A DNA stretch of 64,000 bases from Phycisphaerae bacterium (GTDB taxonomy: Bacteria > Planctomycetota > Phycisphaerae > UBA1845 > Fen-1342): NCBI GenBank assembly GCA_050115495.1, contig JASFQK010000020.1:1-64000 (forward strand), in the 5' to 3' direction. The notes beneath the pieces are model-generated. The model ran no database searches and was not told the origin of the DNA. It worked only from the letters and a program-made list of their open reading frames with translations. Positions 54,294 through 63,615 of this stretch are shown here, piece by piece (position 1 is the first letter of the stretch; each line of letters starts with the position of its first letter). The position numbers and the translations under genes are program-made.

Positions 54294-55697
54294 TCAGGGC
54301 GCCTCCCGCAGCAGGAGGTTCTCGGCGAGGATCAGCTCGGGCAGACCGCCGTGGATGATCTTGGCGGCGGCGGTGTAGTCCTGACCGCCGGTGTCGCGGT
54401 TGGGCAGAGCGACGGCACAACCAACGCCCGCCGCCCGTAGGGCAACGATGCCGGGCTCGGTGTCTTCGAGGCCGACACAGTACGGGTAGTCGGCTCGCGG
54501 CAGCGACATCTGGTAGAGGGCGATGCTGTACAGATCGCGGTGCGGCTTGAGCCGCGCCTCATGAGCGGCGGAGGCGTCGACGAACCCGTCGAACACAGTA
54601 TGCAGGTCGGCGAGCTTCTCGGCCAGCCGCTCCTTGCATTCGTTGCTGACGGGCCACGTCGCGGCTTCGGCGGCGACCAGTCGCAGGATCTCCTTCATCA
54701 CGGCGTGCGCCTCGTAGGCGGTCGACGCGGTGACGAGGGCGAGCTTCGCCGGATGCCGGGCGAAATGCGTACCCAGGCGGGCCAGCCGCGGACGCCAGGC
54801 ATCGACCTGCGCCGACGACCAGTGTTTCCGCGGGTCGGCGAGCAGCGCTTCTCGCAATGGCTCGAACAAAGCCGCCGCTTCCGCCCCGAGCCAGCCACGG
54901 ACGAGCGGGACGAAGACCGCGTAGCCCGGCATCGGTTCGACCAGGTGGCGTGAGGCGTCACCCAGCAGTTCGCGGCTGAGCGCATTGCCGGCCCCCTGCT
55001 CCATCTTCCGCAGGGTGCTGTGATAGCGCAGGTAATAGACGTCGAGGGCGACGCTGACCCGCACGACGTGCGGCTCGTCGCGGAACGCCGATGCGTAGCG
55101 GGCGAGCAGCGGTCGCACCAAATCGCCGACGCTCTCAGCGTTGACCTGGCCTGAGGCCACCAGTCGGCGGAATTCGTCGTCGTCGAGCAGCGCGCCGAGT
55201 CCGCAGGCGCGGGCGTTGTGCACCACCTCGCGCCGCCGGTGTTCGTCGGTCATGCACGCCAGCGTCCACAGCACGGCTTCGCCGAACGCCTGGCACAGAG
55301 CCGCACGGTCGAGGGCGTCGCCGTAGCGTTCGAGGAGGAACTCGGTGTGGCGAAAGTTGCTGTTGCCGATGACGTAGGGGTAGTCGGCGTGCGGATCGAG
55401 GCCGGGCCAGGCCGCCCGATCGAGTCGCCCGGTAAACCGCCGGACCATGTACTCGAGGGCATGCAGGGCGAGCGGCTCGGTCGTCGTGCTGGTGCCGTCC
55501 ATATCGACGGCGAAGGCGGCGATGCGCTCCAGCGGCGGCGTGACCCGCGGGGCGAGCGGGTAGAGTTCGAACGGGGCGAAGACGTAGTCGAGATTGCGTA
55601 CGCGGGCGAACTCGGTCGCGCCCAGCTTCGCCGCCTCGGTGTGCAGGAGGCCGGCGGCCTCGTCGCCGCTGAGGTATTCCACGAGTCGTTGCTTCAT
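54294..55697 (-). CDS. Enlarged HAD-superfamily (beta-phosphoglucomutase-like) protein
   Basis: Motif I AVDMDGT, motif II LVTAS, motif III LKPHRDLY, motif IV LEDTEPGIVALRAAG; immediately upstream of GH65. Confidence 0.75.
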   Translation of the reverse strand: MKQRLVEYLSGDEAAGLLHTEAAKLGATEFARVRNLDYVFAPFELYPLAPRVTPPLERIAAFAVDMDGTSTTTEPLALHALEYMVRRFTGRLDRAAWPGLDPHADYPYVIGNSNFRHTEFLLERYGDALDRAALCQAFGEAVLWTLACMTDEHRRREVVHNARACGLGALLDDDEFRRLVASGQVNAESVGDLVRPLLARYASAFRDEPHVVRVSVALDVYYLRYHSTLRKMEQGAGNALSRELLGDASRHLVEPMPGYAVFVPLVRGWLGAEAAALFEPLREALLADPRKHWSSAQVDAWRPRLARLGTHFARHPAKLALVTASTAYEAHAVMKEILRLVAAEAATWPVSNECKERLAEKLADLHTVFDGFVDASAAHEARLKPHRDLYSIALYQMSLPRADYPYCVGLEDTEPGIVALRAAGVGCAVALPNRDTGGQDYTAAAKIIHGGLPELILAENLLLREAP

Positions 55698-55797
55698 GGC
55701 CGCCAGCGTAACGGTGGCGGCGGGTCGGGGCCAGCGCGGGCCCCTGGGCGGCCGCTGGATGTCTCGTTATGCTGGGGGCGTCTCGCCTGGGGCACGC

Positions 55798-57528
55798 ATG
55801 TCGCGAGATCTGAACAACTCTGCCGTCGGTCCTACGTGGACGCAGCGCATCGGTTTCTGGCTGGGTCTGGCGCTGTTTATCGGTCTGCTGGCCGTGTCGC
55901 CGCCGACGAGCATGCACCGGGCGGCCCGGCTCCATTTTCGCACGGAGCTGGCGGCCGACGTGAACCGCATGCTCGCCCGGGCCGGCACGCCGGACGCACC
56001 GCCCGAGTCGGCGGAGTATCAAGCGGTCGAGGACCGGGCGGTGCAGGCCCGGGCCCGCATCATGATGGGGGCGGCGGCGGTGACGGCCCTCGTGGCCTGC
56101 TGGTGGATCACGGTGGCCGTGCCGATTCCGGTGACGTCGCTGCTGCCGCTGCTGCTGCTGCCGTTGGTCGGGGTGCTGCCCGTTCGCCAGGCGGCCGTCC
56201 CGTATGCTGATGCGAACGTGTTCCTGTTCATGGGCGGCTTCGTCATCGCTCTCGGCGTCGAGCGCTGGGGGCTGCATCGGCGGATCGCCCTGCACATCGT
56301 CCGGATCGTCGGCACGGGGCGGTCGACGATTGTGCTGGGGTTCATGATCGCCAGCGCGGTGTTGAGCATGTGGATCAGTAACACGGCTACGACCCTGATG
56401 ATGCTGCCCATCGGCCTGGCGGTGATCGGAGCGCTGGCGGACCTCACACCGCAGGACGGACCACGACCGCGGGCGAACTTCGCCGCCGCGCTGATGCTGG
56501 GCATCGCCTATGCCGCCAGCGTCGGCGGCGTGGGCACGCCCATCGGCACACCGCCAAACATCTCCTTCCGCGGGCAACTGGCCCGGCTGTACCCGGCGGC
56601 GCCGGAGATTAGCTTCGGGCAGTGGCTGCTGTTGCTCCTGCCGCTGGTCTGCGTGTTTGTGCCGGTGATCTGGCTGGTGCTGGTGCGGATCACCTGCCCG
56701 GTGGGACGCGGCGGGCTGCGCGCCGGTCGTGAGGTGATCCGTCAGCAACTCGCCGCTCTCGGCCCCATGCGCCGGCCGGAGATCACGATGCTGATCGTCT
56801 TCGTGGCGACGGCGCTGCTGTGGATCACGCGGAGCATTCCGCTCGGCGAGGATGCGAATTGCGGCTGGGCGGCGTTGCTGGAAGGCTGGCTGGCGCCGGC
56901 GGATGGCTCACCGTCGCGGTTCAACGCGGCGTTCATCAACGATGCAACGGTGGCGCTGCTGATGGCGGTGCTGATGTTCGCCATTCCCGCGGGCCGTGAC
57001 GCCGAGGGCACGCCCCAACGGCTGATGAACTGGGAGACGGCAACGCGCCTGCCGTGGGGGATTCTGCTGCTGTTCGGCGGCGGTTTCGCGATCGCCGCCG
57101 GCCTGCGGGGCAGCGGTCTGAGCCTGTGGTGCGGGCAGGTTTTCGCCGAGATGGACCTGCATAATCCGCTGCTCCTCGTGCCGGGCGTATGCCTGCTGAT
57201 GACGTTCCTGACCGAAATGACCAGCAACACGGCGACGACCGAGGTCATGCTGCCGATCGTGGCCAACGTCGGCCAGGCCCTCGGATATCACCCGCTGCTG
57301 CTGATGCTGCCGGCGACGATCTCTGCCTCGTGCGCGTTCATGCTGCCGGTGGCCACGCCGCCGAACGCGATCGTCTTCGGCTCTGGGCAGGTCGAGATGG
57401 GGCGGATGGTGCGGACGGGGCTCATCCTCAACCTCATCGGCGTCGTGCTGGTGACGGCGGTGATCTACTTCCTGGTGCAGCCGGTGCTCGGCATCGATCT
57501 GCGCGAGCTGCCCGACTGGGCCAGGTGA
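55798..57528 (+). CDS. SLC13/DASS family sodium:anion symporter
   Basis: LFMGGF, LHRRIAL, LSMWISNTATT, GTPIGTPPN, LFGGG, TSNTAT, AFMLPVATPPNAIVFG. Confidence 0.93.
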   Translation: MSRDLNNSAVGPTWTQRIGFWLGLALFIGLLAVSPPTSMHRAARLHFRTELAADVNRMLARAGTPDAPPESAEYQAVEDRAVQARARIMMGAAAVTALVACWWITVAVPIPVTSLLPLLLLPLVGVLPVRQAAVPYADANVFLFMGGFVIALGVERWGLHRRIALHIVRIVGTGRSTIVLGFMIASAVLSMWISNTATTLMMLPIGLAVIGALADLTPQDGPRPRANFAAALMLGIAYAASVGGVGTPIGTPPNISFRGQLARLYPAAPEISFGQWLLLLLPLVCVFVPVIWLVLVRITCPVGRGGLRAGREVIRQQLAALGPMRRPEITMLIVFVATALLWITRSIPLGEDANCGWAALLEGWLAPADGSPSRFNAAFINDATVALLMAVLMFAIPAGRDAEGTPQRLMNWETATRLPWGILLLFGGGFAIAAGLRGSGLSLWCGQVFAEMDLHNPLLLVPGVCLLMTFLTEMTSNTATTEVMLPIVANVGQALGYHPLLLMLPATISASCAFMLPVATPPNAIVFGSGQVEMGRMVRTGLILNLIGVVLVTAVIYFLVQPVLGIDLRELPDWAR

Positions 57529-57623
57529 GCAGGCCCCGACCGGCCGGCGGGCTCAAGCGGAGTGGGCCGAATGGCCGATACGACGCGCAGGATCTTCCAG
57601 TGGTGCCGGTGGGACCCGCGCCC

Positions 57624-57857
57624 ATGCCCGACGAGACCGAACAGCAGACCGCGGGGGCGGAGACACCGATCGGCGACGGGCCGCATGCGCCGCGCCCGTA
57701 TATCGGCGTCCTGTTCGAGTGCTGCGGAGTGTACGCGCGGATCTATCGCCGGCCGGAGCAGAAGTACTACTGGGGGCGTTGTCCGAAATGCCTGCGCACG
57801 GTGCATGTGCGCGTGGGGCGGGACGGGGTCAGCACACGTCAGTTTCGGGCTTCGTGA
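57624..57857 (+). CDS. Small putative zinc-ribbon protein
   Basis: 77 aa; RPYIGVLFECCGVYARIY...GRCPKC. Confidence 0.7.
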   Translation: MPDETEQQTAGAETPIGDGPHAPRPYIGVLFECCGVYARIYRRPEQKYYWGRCPKCLRTVHVRVGRDGVSTRQFRAS

Positions 57858-57863
57858 GGCAGA

Positions 57864-59585
57864 TCAGCCTTCGGCGTCGGGGGTTTCCTCGGCAGGCGGC
57901 GTTTCGTCGGTGGATTCCGCCGGGGGCGTGTAACCCGTGATCTCGCGCAGGTGATCCCGCAGCAGAACGGGCACGCGCAGGTACGGGCTCTGCTCGCGTC
58001 CGTCGGTCGCTTCGTTGATCGTCTGCACGGCGTCGGCCAGGAGGATATCCGCCTCGGCAGGGTTGACCCGCGCCTGAAGCTGGCAGGTCACCGCCAGGCC
58101 GGTCTGGGCGATCCACTTGATGTTGACCGGGGCCTTGGTGATGAGCTTCTCGTAGATGGTGCGGGCGTCGCCCAGAACCTTGATGGCGTTCTCACGAGCT
58201 ACGGCGACCTGTTCCTCGTACGCCGCCGGGTCGAAGCTCGTCCCCGGCCGCATCTCGGTGATCTGCCGCATGTCGGCGATGAGGGCTTCGTTGGCCTCGA
58301 TCCGCTGGGCGTGGATGCGGCCGGTCAACAGGAGTGCTGCGGCCTGGCCACTGTTGCCGACCAGCGGGATCGTCGTGTCGCCCGTCATCATCTTCAGCCG
58401 CTCGTTGAGGCGTTCGGTGTCGCGCTCCGACTGCACCTCGCGGGCCGAACTCTGCCACGCGTCGGCGGCCTGCTGCGCTGCTCTGAACGCGTCGACCGAT
58501 CGGCGGGCGGCCTGCAACGCGGCGTCCTCGGTCTTGGCTGCCGCCACGGCCAGATCGGCCAGCGGCTTGAGCAGCTCCTCTTGCGAGGCCTTCAGCTTGT
58601 CCTGCAACTCGGCGTATTCGCTCTCGCCCTGCTTGGCGGACGTGCCGGCCTGCTCGACGAAGCGGATGTGGTCTTCCAGAGCGGTGGCGGCCGCCGTCAG
58701 CCGGCGGGCTCGCTCCTCAGCGGTGGCCAAGCGACCCTTCAGGGCCTCGAGGCTGACGACCGGCTCGCCGGTGACCTCACCTGCGCTGGGGTCGTCCTCG
58801 GTCCACTGGGCGTTCCGCAGCCCGCCGAGGCTCAGAAGCTGCTCTTCGGCCTCGAGGTCGCGGAGTTGCGCGGAGAGGTCCACGAACCGGTCGCGAAACG
58901 CCGTAAACGACGCGTCGTCGCCGGGCGTGAAACTCTGCTGTTCGAGCGTGCGCAGCTCTTCCTGCAACGACTCCCGCGTGGCGACCACGCCGGCCAGATC
59001 CTGTTCGCGCTGGGCGACTTCGGCGCTCAGCACGGAGACGTTCTCCTGGGCCTCGGTGCCCAGACCACGCATTTCCTCCAGGTCTGTCCGCAACTGGCTG
59101 AGGATCTCGCGCACGTCCAGCCCGGCCAGATAGTCCTGGTTGGCCCGGTAGGTCGCCCACTGCGTCGTGAGCCGCAACAGGCGGGATTGCAACAGGCGCT
59201 GCTCCTGACGAAGCGCCTGGGACTCGGCGAAAAGACCGGAGGCCCGCACGTAGTCAGCCATGCCGGCGACCTGCGGCACGCCCAGCACCGTGGCCCCTTC
59301 TCCGCTACGGGCCTGCTGGGCTTCCTGCGCGGCCCGCTCCAGCAGAGCGTCGTTCTCATGCAACAGGGCGGTGAACTTGGGGTTCTCGGCGCCGGCGGAG
59401 CCCGTGAGCGGGCCCAGATGCGGCAACTGACTGTCGTAGTGACTCAGCAACCGCTGGGCGAGCGCAGCCTGTCGCGAGGCGTCCTCGCCCGCCTTGGCGC
59501 TCGACGACCGCAGATGCGGAGCAACCAGTGCCGCCGCCAGAATGACAAGGCCGATCAAACTGCCGACGAGGATGGGCACTCTCAA
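57864..59585 (-). CDS. Membrane-anchored coiled-coil protein of unknown function
   Basis: TTG start after GGAG; one N-terminal TM helix, long helical heptad body. Confidence 0.75.
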   Translation of the reverse strand: MRVPILVGSLIGLVILAAALVAPHLRSSSAKAGEDASRQAALAQRLLSHYDSQLPHLGPLTGSAGAENPKFTALLHENDALLERAAQEAQQARSGEGATVLGVPQVAGMADYVRASGLFAESQALRQEQRLLQSRLLRLTTQWATYRANQDYLAGLDVREILSQLRTDLEEMRGLGTEAQENVSVLSAEVAQREQDLAGVVATRESLQEELRTLEQQSFTPGDDASFTAFRDRFVDLSAQLRDLEAEEQLLSLGGLRNAQWTEDDPSAGEVTGEPVVSLEALKGRLATAEERARRLTAAATALEDHIRFVEQAGTSAKQGESEYAELQDKLKASQEELLKPLADLAVAAAKTEDAALQAARRSVDAFRAAQQAADAWQSSAREVQSERDTERLNERLKMMTGDTTIPLVGNSGQAAALLLTGRIHAQRIEANEALIADMRQITEMRPGTSFDPAAYEEQVAVARENAIKVLGDARTIYEKLITKAPVNIKWIAQTGLAVTCQLQARVNPAEADILLADAVQTINEATDGREQSPYLRVPVLLRDHLREITGYTPPAESTDETPPAEETPDAEG

Positions 59586-59739
59586 GGTGATACTCCCTGT
59601 CTTCGCGCCTCTTCGCCCAAGCCTGCGGTCCCCAGGATACCCGTCCCCCGCGGGTTATCGTGCAAGCGAAACAACCTATTCCGCGCTGTGTAACCGCCCC
59701 CGCGTCCGCTGTCAATCGCCCGTCATCGCCGCCCGCGGC

Positions 59740-60879
59740 CTACGGCTGCGACGGCTCGTCCACGGCCGGCTCAGCCAGGGCGCGGGCCGCCAGCGCCTCC
59801 CATTCTCCGGTCTCGGTCGACCCCGCCAGCCGGCCCCGGCGATCCAGGACGAAGACGCGCGGCACCCGGGTCACGCCCCACTGCCGGGCGAACCCGTTCG
59901 CCGGCCCCAGCCCGTCCTTATACTGCGGCCACGACAGGCCGAGATCGCGGCAGGCCGCGTCCATGTCCTCCCGGCGGATGTCCAGGTTGACGCCGACCAC
60001 GGCCAGTTCCGGGTGCGATTGGCGGTAGGCCTCGACCTGCGCGGCCCGCTCACGGGCTTCGGCGACCCAGTTGCTCCAAACGACGATCAGGACGGGCCGG
60101 CCGACCCACTCGCGGGTATCGATCTGCGAGCCGTCGGACTGTTCGAACGTCAGCCAGAACGGGTGCCCCACCGTTCGCTCACGCCGCCATTGCGCTTCGA
60201 GCGCAGCCGTCAGCGCATGGTCCGGGAAATTCCTCACCAGCAGGGCTGCCAGCGTCGCCATCTGCTCGCGGCCGCCGGCGCGGGTGGCGTCGTCGAACAG
60301 CGTGGCCGCCATGGCGGGAACGCGAGGGCTGCGCGGGTAGCGGTCGATGTAGGCGCGGTACGCCGCCAGGAGATCGCTGTCGGGGCCGGCGGCGGGATCG
60401 GGCACGGGCTGCGTGGCGGCGGCGGCACGCTCCAGTCGCTGACAGAGGATGTCCCAGTACGCCGCCTCCCATTCCACCGGGTCTTCCGGGCGGGAGACGC
60501 TCAGGTGCTCGTTGAGCCGCCGCCGGAGCGCGGCGTAGCTCCCGCCCCGGAGTGAGCCGAGTTCGAACAGCGCGGTTAATTCGAGGCGCACGGCTTCGAC
60601 GCGGTGCCGCCCGCCGGGGTAGAGCGTGAGATACGTCCGCAGCTTCTCCGCCAGCGCTTCGTGTTTTCGCTTGTTCTGCTGGAACCACGCGGCGTAGGGC
60701 TGGGTAGTGGTGGGCTCGCCGACGAGCGTGAGCGCCTCCTGCCAGAGCGCTTCCTCGGGCGACAGCGGCGCAGAGGAGGTGGTGGGCGGGTCGCCGTCGG
60801 GCGGTGCGGCGACGGGGCCCGCCGTCGGCACCAGGCCACAGCACACCAGGACCGCTAATGTCGTTATCCGGATCAGCAC
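59740..60879 (-). CDS. Exported TlpA/redoxin-fold protein lacking CxxC
   Basis: GRPVLIVVWSNWVAEA, VVGVNLD, WPQYKDG, WGVTRVPRVFVLDRRGRL; start uncertain (GTG at 60879). Confidence 0.75.
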   Translation of the reverse strand: MLIRITTLAVLVCCGLVPTAGPVAAPPDGDPPTTSSAPLSPEEALWQEALTLVGEPTTTQPYAAWFQQNKRKHEALAEKLRTYLTLYPGGRHRVEAVRLELTALFELGSLRGGSYAALRRRLNEHLSVSRPEDPVEWEAAYWDILCQRLERAAAATQPVPDPAAGPDSDLLAAYRAYIDRYPRSPRVPAMAATLFDDATRAGGREQMATLAALLVRNFPDHALTAALEAQWRRERTVGHPFWLTFEQSDGSQIDTREWVGRPVLIVVWSNWVAEARERAAQVEAYRQSHPELAVVGVNLDIRREDMDAACRDLGLSWPQYKDGLGPANGFARQWGVTRVPRVFVLDRRGRLAGSTETGEWEALAARALAEPAVDEPSQP

Positions 60880-60959
60880 GAGGGCGTATCCTAAGGCATC
60901 CGGCGACAGAGTGTAGCGGTTGGGGACGCGCGTGGTGCAGGTCAGGGTGGTGCATAGAC

Positions 60960-60985
60960 GGGATACGTTTCCGGAAACGTATCCC
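60960..60985. promoter_or_regulatory. Perfect 26 bp palindrome, putative operator
   Basis: GGGATACGTTTCCGGAAACGTATCCC equals its own reverse complement. Confidence 0.7.
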
Positions 60986-60994
60986 AACTTGCGC

Positions 60995-61023
60995 TTGACA
61001 CAGGTTTCGTCCCGTGCTAAGCT
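60995..61023 (+). promoter_or_regulatory. sigma70 promoter
   Basis: TTGACA-17 nt-TAAGCT with extended -10 TG. Confidence 0.7.
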
Positions 61024-61052
61024 CGCACCCAGGAGCGATGAGGAGGAGTTGA

Positions 61053-62294
61053 ATGCCCACGAGTGGAGGACAGACCTCCTTCCAGGCGGAGACACGCAAC
61101 GTAATCAGCGGCGTACGCCGCGCTTACGCCGACGTGGTCAGCCATCTACCGGTGTCCCCCGCCCGGACCTGCGACCTGCACAAGGTCCTCCACATCGACC
61201 GAAAACTCGGCTGGAAAATCGCCAAAGTGCTCGGGGAAGAGGACCTGCTACTGGCGGCTCAGCACATGCCGGGGGTCGCCGCCGTCCAGGGCTTCCTCGA
61301 CGCCGCCGCCGCCAGGGGCGTTCCGACCGACGTCATCGCAACGGCGAAGCAGGCCGGAGAGGAATTCCAGCGTCTCGTCGCGACCCACGCCGACCAGCGG
61401 GCCTCCTTCGACCGCATGCTGCTCGGTTGCTCGCCGAGCAAGAGCGAGCAATTGGGTCTGACGCATCGCAAGGCGGCGGTGGCGGCCAACAGCTTCATCT
61501 GGGGCATCCGGGCGCGGACGCAGCTTGCCGGGTATTTCCTGGCGGCGTCGGCGGACGGATCGAAGGTTGATATCGCCGGCGTGCGCGGCTTCGACGCGTT
61601 TCGCCTGCTGCGGCCGAACACGCCATGGGTCATTGCCCGCGTCGGGCACTTCCATGACAACCGGGAGGAAAGCGACCCCTACCGCCCCGAGCCGCTGGGC
61701 GACGTCGACCCGGAGCGGCCGGACCTGGCGGACGTGCCGCTGCTGACGGAGTTTTGCTCGAAGCCGTCGCCGAAGATCCGGCAGGTCTGCGCCCCGGACG
61801 GCTGCTATGAATACGAGTTGGTGGATGTGCCGGTCGGTAACAAGGGGGCCCAGACATGCGTCATGGGCGAGGTATCCCGCGCCGTGGGCACGCGCTATCG
61901 CGACGAGGACAACGAGTACGCGAAGTTCATCGCTCGGCTGCGCACGCCCGTGGACACGTTCCTGATGGATCTGTTCATACCCGCGAACCTGTTCGGCCCG
62001 CTGCAACCCGAACTGCTGATGTACAGCGACCTGAACAGCGCCAGCAGCGCCGGCGATGCCGAGCGTCAGCCGCGCGAGCTGATGGAGACGGCGGAGACCG
62101 TGCGGCACCTGGGCCGCGGCGTGGCGACGGCCTACACGCCGACGGTGCCCGGCTACGCCGACCTGGTCGGGTTCGTGTTCCGGCGGCTGAGGTGGGAGCC
62201 GACCGTGTATGACCATTATCGCGTACGCCTGGAGTTTCCGGCGATTCCGACGACGGTGAAGGTGCGCTTCCCGTTGCCGGCACGCCCGAGTTGA
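61053..62294 (+). CDS. Uncharacterised protein with N-terminal HTH-like segment; putative regulator, paralog of 1066-2334
   Basis: GAGGAGGAG RBS; RTCDLHKVLHIDRKLGWKI; shared motifs PG, FLxAAAxRG, FCSxPxP, RYR, YRVRxxxPxxP. Confidence 0.8.
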   Translation: MPTSGGQTSFQAETRNVISGVRRAYADVVSHLPVSPARTCDLHKVLHIDRKLGWKIAKVLGEEDLLLAAQHMPGVAAVQGFLDAAAARGVPTDVIATAKQAGEEFQRLVATHADQRASFDRMLLGCSPSKSEQLGLTHRKAAVAANSFIWGIRARTQLAGYFLAASADGSKVDIAGVRGFDAFRLLRPNTPWVIARVGHFHDNREESDPYRPEPLGDVDPERPDLADVPLLTEFCSKPSPKIRQVCAPDGCYEYELVDVPVGNKGAQTCVMGEVSRAVGTRYRDEDNEYAKFIARLRTPVDTFLMDLFIPANLFGPLQPELLMYSDLNSASSAGDAERQPRELMETAETVRHLGRGVATAYTPTVPGYADLVGFVFRRLRWEPTVYDHYRVRLEFPAIPTTVKVRFPLPARPS

Positions 62295-62385
62295 GGAGGT
62301 CAGCCCGTCGCGTGACGGGCAGGAATGAGCCGCATGAGTGGTACGTAGCAGGCTCCGCGCAGGAGTCGGGAGACGGAGGAAGAGA

Positions 62386-63111
62386 ATGAGCACCCAACGT
62401 GTATGCGGAACGGTAGTAGTGCTGTTGGTGACGGGCGCGCTGGCTGGGCAGGCCATGGCGAACGCGGTCTTCAACTACACGTCCCACGAGCGCTATCCCT
62501 ACTACGAAGGCAATGTCAACAACGGAGGTTACGACGAGAACTGGGACGAATACAACGGCAGCACCGGACCCTGGACCGTCGACATCGCCGGCGGGCCGGC
62601 GTTCGAGGATTACTTCATTGACACGGCCACCGGAATGCAGAGCAACATCGGCACCGACGAGATCACTTACACGGGCTACGCCTCAATGGACTGGGACGTC
62701 GGCCCGTACGAGTGGAGCTGGCCGGATACCTTCGCTGGCGTCGCCTCGCGCATGTACATCAAGTTCACCGTGGATGAACCGCTGACCCTCGAACTCACCT
62801 ACGACGTCGGCACGGAAGTGCCCACGGGTGATGATTGTCAGGTGTACTCCAACGTGCGCCTGCACGACCTGACCGAGGGTGTGACCCTGTTCAACTACGG
62901 GGTCGGCTCCGGCGCCGGCACGACGACCGTTAACGTTGAGCCCGGCCGGACGTACTGGTACATCTGCAAGAACGATCTGGCGCTGGGCACGGACGACGAT
63001 CCGGCGTCGGGCTACTGGCGAGACGACGTCACTGCCACGTTGACCATCGTGCCCGAGCCGGGTGCGCTGGGCCTGCTGCTGGTGGCGGCGGCGGCGCTGC
63101 GTCGCCGGTAG
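62386..63111 (+). CDS. PEP-CTERM sorting-domain surface protein
   Basis: GGAGG RBS; signal peptide ending QAMA; ends VPEPGALGLLLVAAAALRRR. Confidence 0.9.
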   Translation: MSTQRVCGTVVVLLVTGALAGQAMANAVFNYTSHERYPYYEGNVNNGGYDENWDEYNGSTGPWTVDIAGGPAFEDYFIDTATGMQSNIGTDEITYTGYASMDWDVGPYEWSWPDTFAGVASRMYIKFTVDEPLTLELTYDVGTEVPTGDDCQVYSNVRLHDLTEGVTLFNYGVGSGAGTTTVNVEPGRTYWYICKNDLALGTDDDPASGYWRDDVTATLTIVPEPGALGLLLVAAAALRRR

Positions 63112-63147
63112 TTCCGGACTGATTGGATAGGAATTGGCGCAATACTG

Positions 63148-63184
63148 AGCGCGGGAGGCGCTCGCCCGGACCGCCTCCCGCGCT
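63148..63184 (+). terminator. Stem-loop after the PEP-CTERM gene
   Basis: 13 bp stem AGCGCGGGAGGCG/CGCCTCCCGCGCT; U tract weak. Confidence 0.55.
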
Positions 63185-63225
63185 TGACCTTCCGGGATCT
63201 TATGGTATAATGGCCATATAGCCAT
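63184..63225 (+). promoter_or_regulatory. sigma70 promoter and putative ArsR operator
   Basis: TTGACC-16 nt-TATAAT with extended -10 TG; inverted repeat ATGGC-N6-GCCAT at 63210-63225. Confidence 0.7.
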
Positions 63226-63565
63226 GAAACTAAAGGTCGTCAGACCGCGACATTCACGAGAACGTTACGAAGCCCGGGCGCAGATTGCCAAGGCGCTGGC
63301 CCATCCGAGCCGGCTGCTGATGCTCGACGCCCTGGCCGACGGTGAGTTGTGCGTCTGCGAGTTGACGGCCCTGGTCGGTGCGGACCAGTCGACGGTGTCG
63401 AAGCACTTGGCGGTGCTGCGGCAGGCTGGGCTGGTCGCCGATCGAAAGGAAGGCACGCAGACGTTCTGCCGCGTGAAGGTCACCTGCCTGCAAGGATTCT
63501 GGGAGTGTGTCGAGTCGGTGCTGAAGGAAAACCTGAGAGTGCAGGCGGCGGCGATGCAGGAGTAG
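63224..63565 (+). CDS. ArsR/SmtB family metalloregulator
   Basis: KALAHPSRL, GELCVCEL, QSTVSKHLAVLRQAGLV. Confidence 0.93.
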   Translation: MKLKVVRPRHSRERYEARAQIAKALAHPSRLLMLDALADGELCVCELTALVGADQSTVSKHLAVLRQAGLVADRKEGTQTFCRVKVTCLQGFWECVESVLKENLRVQAAAMQE

Positions 63566-63615
63566 CGCCCGCCGGCCGCACTCGTTTTTTTGCCTTCATT
63601 CATGGCGTCGTGACC

